Position numbers and translations under genes: made by a program. The notes under the pieces are model-generated. The model had not been told where the DNA came from, did not search any database, and saw nothing but the letters and a program-made list of their open reading frames with translations. A stretch of 13,127 nucleotides of DNA from an uncultured Candidatus Competibacteraceae bacterium (lineage in GTDB: Bacteria; Pseudomonadota; Gammaproteobacteria; Competibacterales; Competibacteraceae), in assembly GCA_965652545.1 (NCBI GenBank), contig CBFGWV010000128.1, forward strand, positions 1 through 13,127, in the 5' to 3' direction. Shown here piece by piece: positions 7,487 to 13,127 of this stretch. Within the stretch, counting starts at the first letter, position 1, and the number at the start of each line of letters is the position of its first letter.

Positions 7487-8113
7487 CTACAGGACCGACA
7501 TGTCGATCGTGTGCGCGGTGATCAGGTAGCGGTCCCTGGCGTTGTCGTAGTCGACGATCAACGCGGTGTCGCCTTTGCTCAGTGGTGCTTTGTTGCTGTA
7601 GACGCGCAACACCAGCTCGGTACCGCGGTCGGCTACCCGCGCCTCACCCCAGGTGTCATCCACCGCGGTGCTGGAAACCACGCAGATCCGGCCGACCAGC
7701 TCGCGATTGCTCAAGGCATGGCCTTGCTGCACGAACAGTCGCCGCAAGGGGTGCACGCTCAGCCGTGTCAGCGCGATCGACCCCAGCAGCGCGCCGACCA
7801 GGACCGCAAGGCCCAGCGGATAGCGCAGCGCGTCGTCGAAACCGGCAAGCAGGTTGAGCGAGACGAGGCTGGTGATCACCCAGGCCCAGAACACCAGCAG
7901 GGTGAAGACGATGGGCAGGGGAACGCCCTTGAGACCCAGCGCCGAAAGCAGGCCGGCTGCGCTGCCCAGGCTCCCGTCGACGTCCACGTCGACATCCAGA
8001 TCGAAATCCGCGAAGCCGATGATGACCAGCAGCCAGTACAGCAGGCACAGCACCATGAGCACGGAGTACAGCGCTGTGGGAAAGCTGAAAAGCATCGAGA
8101 AAAGCGCAGCCAT
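7487..8113 (-). CDS. yqiJ: YqiJ/NfeD-like inner-membrane protein (208 aa). It has three predicted TM helices and a C-terminal OB-fold (NfeD short-form) domain, and is the partner of the flotillin.
   Basis: Start ATG is at 8113-8111 with RBS GGAG (8119-8122) and a 5-nt spacer. The ORF-track extension to 8281 has no RBS and encodes Arg-rich junk. Hydrophobic helices are MLFSFPTALYSVLMVLCLLYWLLVIIGF, PLPIVFTLLVFWAWVITSLVSLNLL and LGLAVLVGALLGSIALTRL. The C-terminus LVGRICVVSSTAVDDTWGEARVADRGTELVLRVYSNKAPLSKGDTALIVDYDNARDRYLIT matches the NfeD beta-barrel pattern G..G.V....G.V.V..G...KG..V.V. Its length is ~209 aa like E. coli YqiJ, and it lies upstream of the flotillin. Confidence 0.8.
   Translation of the reverse strand: MAALFSMLFSFPTALYSVLMVLCLLYWLLVIIGFADFDLDVDVDVDGSLGSAAGLLSALGLKGVPLPIVFTLLVFWAWVITSLVSLNLLAGFDDALRYPLGLAVLVGALLGSIALTRLSVHPLRRLFVQQGHALSNRELVGRICVVSSTAVDDTWGEARVADRGTELVLRVYSNKAPLSKGDTALIVDYDNARDRYLITAHTIDMSVL
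7976..8008 (-). other. Alternating acidic motif DFDLDVDVDVD between TM1 and TM2 of the YqiJ-like protein
   Basis: Read directly from the sequence: the reverse complement of 7976-8008 reads gatttcgatctggatgtcgacgtggacgtcgac. Confidence 0.7.
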
Positions 8114-8395
8114 GATTGCTCCGTACCGGTAGACGAAAGTCGTAATCGCGCGCGGCCGATTACTGCCTGGGAGGACGAATGGAGCGTCCCGCAAGGGCAA
8201 GTAACAAGCGCCGGATAATGCCGATGGTCGGAGCGTAGGGCCGAAAATGCATTTGTCTTTTCGCAAATACGCGATGGCCAAACCACCGCGGCATTTTCGT
8301 GCTTGGCCCGAATGCTACGAAACTGTTCCAGAATGCGCAAGCTCGGTACCGTATGGTGCGAAGGCGGCCCCTGCCGGCCGCGTAGGGAGGCAACG
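8114..8395. promoter_or_regulatory. Divergent intergenic region that presumably holds the promoters of the flotillin operon (leftward) and the DUF2254 gene (rightward). It contains the dyad GCATTTG-N8-CAAATAC at ~8249-8270.
   Basis: This is the longest non-coding stretch in the window (282 bp) and sits between divergently oriented starts. Its GC content is visibly lower than that of the flanking coding DNA. No convincing sigma70 -35/-10 pair or sigma54 -24/-12 element was found by eye. Confidence 0.35.
8385..8390 (+). promoter_or_regulatory. RBS (GGGAGG) for the DUF2254 gene
   Basis: The sequence reads gggagg-caacg-ATG. Confidence 0.55.
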
Positions 8396-9682
8396 ATGGC
8401 CCCAGTGAGTCTGCTGACCGATCGGTTGCGCACCAGCCTGTGGTTCGTTCCGGTGATCATGGTTGTCGCCTCGGCACTGCTTGCCGCATTGCTGCTGTGG
8501 CTGGACGGGTTTCTGGGCGCGCTATGGCAGGGCGGCTGGCTCTCGCGCCTGCTTGGCGGCCTGGGCAGCGACCGGGCGACCGGCATGCTGCAGGCGATTG
8601 CCGGGTCGATGATCACAGTGGTCGCGCTGGTCTGCACCCTGACGACGGCGGCGATCAGCCAGGCCAGTGCGCAGTACACATCGCGGGTACTGCGCAGCTA
8701 CCTGCGCGACCGGATCACCCAGGCCGTGCTCGGGGCGCTGGTGGGGGTGTTCGTGTACTGCCTGCTGGTGTTCGGTGCCATATCCACTGATGGCGAACCG
8801 GCGGTGCTGGCCGTCCTGGGCGCCGTTTTGCTGACGTTGTTCGCCGTCTCGTTGCTGGTGTATTTCGTCCATCACATCGCTCGCTCTTTGCAGGCCTCGA
8901 GCATGGCCGAGGCCATCGCGCTGGAGACCCAGGCGGCGGTGAACCGGCTCTATCCGCCGGACGGCCGGTCGGGCCCGCAAGACGGGCCGGCTCTCATGGC
9001 GCCAGTGCATACGGTTCGGGCGCACTACAGCGGCTACGTGGAAATCTTCGACCACACGGCACTGTGCGAACTGGCGCGGGAGCTCAAGACGGTCATCCAT
9101 GTCCGCCGCGCTGTGGGCGAGTTCATCACCGCCGGTGATGAGATCCTTACCCTGTGCGGGGGCGATGCGCCGGATGAGACACAGGCCGCGCGCCTGGCGC
9201 GGGTCGCGGTGCTGGGTGCCGAGCCGACGCTGGAGCAGGATGTCGGCTTCGGCATTCGCCAGTTGGTGGATGTCGCGCTCAAGGCCTTGTCGCCGGGCGT
9301 CAATGAAACCACCACGGCGATTATCTGCATCGATTGGTTGGGGGTCATTCTGCGTGAGCTCGCCGAGCGGCCGTTTCCGTCGCCCCGGCTCGAAGAGGAC
9401 GGCGAGCTGCGGGCAGTGCTCACCAAACCGGCCTTCAGTGACCACCTGGCGGCGGGGTTCAACCAGATCCGCCAGAGCGCAGCGAGCAATGTCGCGGTCA
9501 TGGTGCGGCTGCTCGATGTGCTGGGCGGCATGGTCGACGCGGCCATGCAACACGATCGCCAGAGCGCGTTGACTGCCCAGATCGATGCCCTGGAGGCACT
9601 TGCCGAGCGCACGATCCACTGGCCGCCCGATCGCGAGCCGGTCATGGCGCGCGTCGCCCGGCTGCGCGAGCGTCTGGGTTAG
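8396..9682 (+). CDS. DUF2254-family predicted membrane protein (428 aa). It has ~4 N-terminal TM helices and a C-terminal soluble domain. Function unknown.
   Basis: ATG at 8396 has an excellent RBS GGGAGG (8385-8390) with a 5-nt spacer. The ORF-track start at 8303 adds an Arg/Cys-rich N-terminus with no RBS. The N-terminus LRTSLWFVPVIMVVASALLAALLLWL and later helices are hydrophobic. Conserved-looking blocks TLEQDVGFGIRQLVDVALKALSPGVNETTTAI and IDWLG resemble what I recall of the DUF2254 (PF10011) signature. That recollection is not verified. Confidence 0.75.
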   Translation: MAPVSLLTDRLRTSLWFVPVIMVVASALLAALLLWLDGFLGALWQGGWLSRLLGGLGSDRATGMLQAIAGSMITVVALVCTLTTAAISQASAQYTSRVLRSYLRDRITQAVLGALVGVFVYCLLVFGAISTDGEPAVLAVLGAVLLTLFAVSLLVYFVHHIARSLQASSMAEAIALETQAAVNRLYPPDGRSGPQDGPALMAPVHTVRAHYSGYVEIFDHTALCELARELKTVIHVRRAVGEFITAGDEILTLCGGDAPDETQAARLARVAVLGAEPTLEQDVGFGIRQLVDVALKALSPGVNETTTAIICIDWLGVILRELAERPFPSPRLEEDGELRAVLTKPAFSDHLAAGFNQIRQSAASNVAVMVRLLDVLGGMVDAAMQHDRQSALTAQIDALEALAERTIHWPPDREPVMARVARLRERLG

Positions 9683-9789
9683 CCAAAAACTTTTTCGAGC
9701 GCGCGCTGCCAACAGGCAAGGACCTGTTGCCCGGGACTCGATGTGGAATGGATCATCCGCACGCGGCTGCTGCCGTGTTCACGCCGCCT

Positions 9790-10764
9790 ATGAACGGTGC
9801 CCGCCTGTCAGTGGCACTCTGCTGCGTGTTGACCGGTTGTGGTGGAGTACAGTCCGCCCTGGCCCCGGCTGGCCGCCAGGCCGACGAGGTGGCGACGCTG
9901 TTCTGGGCGATGTTGATCGCGGCGGCCGCGATCTGGCTGCTGGTGATCGCCGGCGCCCATTGGGCCTTGCGTGCCGACCCGGCGCGCTATGGGGAACGCG
10001 CAGCGGGGTGGATCATCATCGGCGGGGGCGTCGTCTTTCCGGTGACTGTTCTCGCCGCTCTGCTCACCTATGGCCTGAGCCTGCTGTCGCAGGCCGACGC
10101 CGAGCCGGCACTGACGGTGCGGGTGAGCGGCGAGCAGTGGTGGTGGCGTATCGGCTATGTGCATGAGGCGTTCGATGCGCCAATCGAGAGCGCCAACGAG
10201 ATCCGCGTGCCCGCCGGCCGGCCGGTGGCGTTCGAGCTCGATAGCCCCGATGTGATCCATTCGTTCTGGATCCCCTCGCTGGGGGGCAAGCTGGACATGA
10301 TCCCGGGGCGTACCAACCGGCTGGTGCTGACGCCGTTGGAACCGGGCCGTTATCGCGGCGTGTGCGCCGAGTTCTGCGGTACCGCCCATGCCCTGATGGC
10401 GTTCGACGTGGTGGTCATGCCGTCACGGGATTTTACGCGTTGGTTGCGCGCCCAAGCCGCGCCGGCACACGAGGCCTCGGACGAGCCGGCCAGACGCGGC
10501 CGCGAGTTGTTCCACAGCACCGGCTGCGCGGCCTGCCACACCGTTCGCGGGCACACCGAGACCGGGCGGGTGGGGCCGGACCTGACCCATGTCGGGACGC
10601 GTGCCTCGCTGGGTGCCGGCACTCTGCCCAACACCCGCGACAACCTCACGCAATGGATCGCCTCGCCGCAGGCCATCAAGCCCGGTGCCCTCATGCCCGC
10701 GTTCGCCATGCTGGCGCAGGAAGAGATCGACGCCCTGGCCGCCTACCTGGCCGGTTTGGAATGA
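9790..10764 (+). CDS. coxB: Cytochrome c oxidase subunit II with a fused C-terminal mono-haem cytochrome c domain (caa3-type subunit IIc). It is a probable lipoprotein.
   Basis: The CuA centre motif HSFWIPSLGGK...CAEFCGTAHALM lies at nt 10363-10398. The haem c motif CAACH lies at 10525-10539. There are two TM helices before the cupredoxin domain. The start is uncertain. ATG 9790 gives a classic lipoprotein signal MNGARLSVALCCVLTGC (lipobox LTGC) but has no Shine-Dalgarno (SD) sequence. Alternative starts are ATG 9748 and TTG 9727, which has AAGGA 4 nt upstream. The stop TGA at 10762-10764 overlaps the coxA ATG. Confidence 0.9.
   Translation: MNGARLSVALCCVLTGCGGVQSALAPAGRQADEVATLFWAMLIAAAAIWLLVIAGAHWALRADPARYGERAAGWIIIGGGVVFPVTVLAALLTYGLSLLSQADAEPALTVRVSGEQWWWRIGYVHEAFDAPIESANEIRVPAGRPVAFELDSPDVIHSFWIPSLGGKLDMIPGRTNRLVLTPLEPGRYRGVCAEFCGTAHALMAFDVVVMPSRDFTRWLRAQAAPAHEASDEPARRGRELFHSTGCAACHTVRGHTETGRVGPDLTHVGTRASLGAGTLPNTRDNLTQWIASPQAIKPGALMPAFAMLAQEEIDALAAYLAGLE
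10525..10539 (+). other. CXXCH haem c attachment motif (CAACH) in the C-terminal domain of subunit II
   Basis: The sequence reads tgc gcg gcc tgc cac, in frame with coxB. Confidence 0.8.
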
Positions 10765-13127
10765 GCACCTCACCACCGCTGTCGAATGCCTCGTCGCCAC
10801 AGGACGAGCCGGCCGTTCGTCGTGCCCAGGCCGAGCGGCTGATCGCGGCCTGGGCACGGCCCACCGGCTGGCGGTATTGGTCTGCGGTCAACAACGATAC
10901 GGTGGGTCTGTGGTACATCACCACGGCATTCGCGTTCTTTTTGTTCGCCGGTGTGCTGGGCCTGATCATACGAGCCCAGTTGGCGGTCCCGGAGAACGAC
11001 CTGGTATCAGCCGGGCTGTACAACCAGGTGTTCACCTTGCACGGCACGGTGATGATGTTTCTGTTCGCGGTGCCGATCTTCGAGGCCGTGGCCATCCTCA
11101 TCCTGCCGGAGATGCTGGGTGCGCGGGACTTGCCGTTTCCCCGCCTGTCGGCATTCGGCTATTGGTGCTTCCTGATCGGCGGCATCTTTGTCTGCGGGTC
11201 GATTTTCTTCGATGCCGCACCCAACGGCGGGTGGTTCATGTATCCGCCGCTGTCGACCGACCTGCGCCAGTCGGGCATCGGGGCCGATATCTGGCTGCTG
11301 GGCTTGTCGTTCATCGAGGTCGCATCCATTGCGGCGGCGGTGGAGCTCATCGTCGGTGTGCTCAAATGCCGCCCGCCCGGCATGCACATCAACCTGACGC
11401 CGCTGTATGCCTGGTACGTGCTGATCGTCGCCGGGATGATCCTGTTCGCGTTTCCGCCCCTGATCGCCGGCGACATCCTCCTGGAGATGGAGCGGGCATT
11501 CGACTGGCCGTTCTTCGACCCCGCCCGCGGGGGGGATCCGCTGCTGTGGCAGCACCTGTTCTGGATCTTCGGCCACCCGGAGGTCTACATCATCTTCCTG
11601 CCGTCCATTGCCCTGCTGGCGATGATCATCCCGACCTTCGCCGGGCGGCCGATCGCCGGCTACTCGTGGATCGTACTCTCGGCGGTGGGCACCGGCTTCC
11701 TGAGCTTCGGCCTGTGGGTGCACCACATGTTCACCACCGGCTTGCCGGCGATATCGCTGGGCTTTTTCTCGGCCGCGTCCGAGGCGGTGGCGATCCCCAC
11801 CGGTATACAGATTTTTGTCTTCATCGCGACCTTGCTGCTGGGCCGGGTGGTGCGTTCTACACCCATGCTGTTCGCCATGGGGGCGCTGGCCATTTTCGTC
11901 CTCGGGGGGCTCACCGGCGTCATGGTTGCCGTGGTGCCGTTCGACTTTCAGGCCCATGACAGCTACTTCGTCGTCGCGCACCTTCACTACACACTGGTCG
12001 GTGGGGTGTTGTTCCCTTTGGTGGCCGGGCTGTATTACTTCTATCCCTTCGCCCGCGCGAAAATGCTGTCAGACCGCTGGGGGCGGCGGGCGTTCTGGTT
12101 GATGTTCATCGGCTTCAACCTGGCCTTCCTGCCCATGCACCTGACCGGCTTGCTGGGCATGCCGCGACGGGTGTTCACCTACGCGCCGGATCTGGGCTGG
12201 AACGGGCTGAACCTCGCCTCCAGCATCGGTGCCTTCGTGCTTGCCGCCGGTGTGGCGGTCGTCGTCATCGACGTGCTCCGGCCGAAGTCGAGCCAACCGT
12301 CCTGCAAGCGCAACCCCTGGGGCGCCGGCACGCTGGAGTGGCTGGCCGAGATGCCTGATGAGCCTTGGGGAGTGCGGTCCATCCCCATCATCGAGAGCCG
12401 TTATCCGTTGTGGGACCAACCCGATTTCGTGCGCCGGGTCGATGAGGGGCGCTTCTACCTGCCGGATGCCGAGGAGGGGCGGCGCGAGACGCTGGTCACC
12501 TCGGTGCTCGATGCCGAACCGGTCCAGTGCATGCGGGTGCCGGGGCCGACGTTCCTGACGTTCTTCGCGGCCGTGTTCGTCGGCGGAGTGTTCATCTTTG
12601 CCACCTATCACTGGTGGTGGGCCACGCTGATCAGCGGCCTGCTTGGCCTGGGGACCATCTTCGCGTGGGTGTGGACCGGTACCGGGGACATCCCCGAGAA
12701 GGCCGAGAAGCACGTCGGCCTGGGCAAGTATCTACCGCTCTACCAGTCCGGGCCCAAGTCAGTCGGCTGGTGGGCCATGTTCATCACCATGACCGGGGAC
12801 CTGACGGCCTTCCTGAGCCTGATCTTCGGTTATCTGTTCTATTGGACGGTGCATACGGACTTTCCCCCACGTGAAATCGCCGGCCCAGGGTGGCAATGGC
12901 CGGCGCTCGCCGCGGCCCTGCTGCTTGCCGCCTGGGGGGCGACGCTGATGGCGAAGTCGGCCAATCGCGCCGCGGCGGTGGGCCGGATGCGCCTGTGGCT
13001 GCTTGCCGCCATGGCGCTTGCGCTGGCCGGTACGCTGGCCTTGTGTCTCGGCCCCTGGGCTCATGGCATGGCGCCCACGACGCATGTGTACCCGGCCATG
13101 GTCTGGGTGCTGGTGATCTGGGCCGGC
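10761..13127 (+). CDS. coxA: Cytochrome c oxidase subunit I with a C-terminal subunit-III-like multi-TM extension (caa3-type I/III fusion). It is 3'-partial and runs off the window (>=789 aa).
   Basis: The frame-0 ORF has no stop up to the window end, which is why it is missing from the ORF track. Hallmark haem-copper oxidase motifs are read in frame: WSAVNNDTVGLWYITTAFAFF, YNQVFTLHGTVMMF, GGDPLLWQHLFWIFGHPEVYIIFLP (nt ~11529-11603), VAHLHYTLVGGV, FLPMHLTGLLGMPRRVFTY and NPWGAGTLEWL (~12309). After the expected end of subunit I at ~aa 550, the ORF continues for >=230 aa with >=5 hydrophobic helices. The start ATG at 10761 overlaps the coxB stop (ATGA). Confidence 0.9.
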   Translation, partial: MSTSPPLSNASSPQDEPAVRRAQAERLIAAWARPTGWRYWSAVNNDTVGLWYITTAFAFFLFAGVLGLIIRAQLAVPENDLVSAGLYNQVFTLHGTVMMFLFAVPIFEAVAILILPEMLGARDLPFPRLSAFGYWCFLIGGIFVCGSIFFDAAPNGGWFMYPPLSTDLRQSGIGADIWLLGLSFIEVASIAAAVELIVGVLKCRPPGMHINLTPLYAWYVLIVAGMILFAFPPLIAGDILLEMERAFDWPFFDPARGGDPLLWQHLFWIFGHPEVYIIFLPSIALLAMIIPTFAGRPIAGYSWIVLSAVGTGFLSFGLWVHHMFTTGLPAISLGFFSAASEAVAIPTGIQIFVFIATLLLGRVVRSTPMLFAMGALAIFVLGGLTGVMVAVVPFDFQAHDSYFVVAHLHYTLVGGVLFPLVAGLYYFYPFARAKMLSDRWGRRAFWLMFIGFNLAFLPMHLTGLLGMPRRVFTYAPDLGWNGLNLASSIGAFVLAAGVAVVVIDVLRPKSSQPSCKRNPWGAGTLEWLAEMPDEPWGVRSIPIIESRYPLWDQPDFVRRVDEGRFYLPDAEEGRRETLVTSVLDAEPVQCMRVPGPTFLTFFAAVFVGGVFIFATYHWWWATLISGLLGLGTIFAWVWTGTGDIPEKAEKHVGLGKYLPLYQSGPKSVGWWAMFITMTGDLTAFLSLIFGYLFYWTVHTDFPPREIAGPGWQWPALAAALLLAAWGATLMAKSANRAAAVGRMRLWLLAAMALALAGTLALCLGPWAHGMAPTTHVYPAMVWVLVIWAG

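Noticed and set aside
5217-7529. 770-aa plus-strand ORF, plus smaller ones at 5473..5763, 6013..6720 and 7018..7521
   Set aside because: They are antisense mirrors of the flotillin gene. Its EA-rich coiled-coil codons (GAG/GCC/GCG) read as L/G/A runs on the other strand, and they have no start signals.
7582-8048. ORFs at 7481..8218 (+), 7582..7857 (+), 7656..8048 (-) and 7854..8132 (+) overlapping the yqiJ-like gene
   Set aside because: They are antisense or off-frame to a gene with a clear TM/OB-fold architecture and a good RBS, and their composition is Arg/Pro/Ala-rich.
8114-8281. N-terminal extension of the yqiJ-like ORF to 8281 (264-aa version), and the 77-aa minus-strand ORF at 8160..8393
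   Set aside because: The extension encodes a basic, non-hydrophobic peptide with no RBS, while the internal ATG at 8113 has GGAG with a 5-nt spacer and begins exactly at the first TM helix. The 77-aa ORF lies in the AT-richer promoter region and has no RBS and a junk composition.
8303-8395. Upstream extension of the DUF2254 ORF (MARMLRNCSRMRKLGTVWCEGGPCRPRREAT)
   Set aside because: The region is Arg/Cys-rich and has no RBS. ATG 8396 has a near-perfect GGGAGG SD at the ideal spacing.
9683-9710. Intrinsic terminator after the DUF2254 gene
   Set aside because: The GC palindrome AGCGCGCGCT is short and is not followed by a T-tract. The A5CT5 tract precedes the stem rather than following it.
8522-9712. 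396-aa minus-strand ORF and nested ORFs at 9034..9645 (-), 8440..8790 (+) and 9099..9572 (+)
   Set aside because: They are antisense or off-frame to the DUF2254 gene, with Arg/Gln/Asp/Pro-rich degenerate translations.
9713-9733. Possible sigma54 -24/-12 element (aGGCAaggacctgTTGCc) upstream of coxB
   Set aside because: The GG-to-GC spacing is 2 bp longer than the TGGCAC-N5-TTGC consensus, so I treat it as a simple dyad instead.
10589-11959. 456-aa plus-strand ORF (frame +2) and minus-strand ORFs at 9808..10389, 10350..10857, 10691..11101, 11007..11987, 12069..12713 and 12759..13085
   Set aside because: They overlap coxB/coxA, whose frames contain unmistakable CuA, CXXCH and haem-copper oxidase motifs. 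The alternative frames give Arg/Pro/Gly-rich nonsense. The true coxA frame is missing from the track only because it has no stop before the window end.
1-13127. Mobile elements, integrases, tRNA/rRNA genes, CRISPR arrays
   Set aside because: I found no terminal inverted repeats, transposase or integrase motifs, tRNA-like cloverleaf segments or regular repeat-spacer arrays on either strand. The GC content looks uniform apart from the 8114-8395 intergenic region.

Overview
This is a high-GC window, probably proteobacterial, containing six genes in three transcription units. I found no rRNA, tRNA, CRISPR array or mobile element. (1) Minus strand, 8113 down to 1: a tightly packed three-gene operon. 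It encodes a YqiJ/NfeD-like membrane protein (208 aa), then an unusually long YqiK-type flotillin/SPFH protein (728 aa), then a giant 1747-aa cytoplasmic protein. The giant protein has an N-terminal non-coiled domain, about 900 aa of coiled coil, and a C-terminal MoxR/AAA_5-like AAA+ ATPase module. That module has a GPPGxGKT-type P-loop (SPPGYGKTT), a variant DD Walker B, and an AGNP...E...NRAD sensor/arginine-finger region. (2) A 282-bp divergent intergenic region (8114..8395) carries a dyad-symmetric candidate operator. (3) Plus strand: a DUF2254-like polytopic membrane protein (428 aa). (4) Plus strand: the first two genes of a caa3-type haem-copper oxidase operon. These are subunit II with a fused C-terminal cytochrome c domain (CuA motif plus CAACH), and subunit I running off the window end with a subunit-III-like multi-TM C-terminal extension. 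The two genes are coupled by an ATGA overlap. The most interesting element is the NfeD-flotillin-giant AAA+ ATPase operon. The two-gene yqiJK module is well known. The third gene, a MoxR-clade ATPase on a huge coiled-coil scaffold with no VWA partner and translationally coupled to the flotillin, is to my knowledge functionally uncharacterised. It is a candidate ATP-driven membrane-microdomain remodelling or defence-type system. Many long ORFs in the six-frame track are antisense or off-frame artefacts of the high GC content and are rejected below. Every family assignment comes from motif reading by eye, with no database search.
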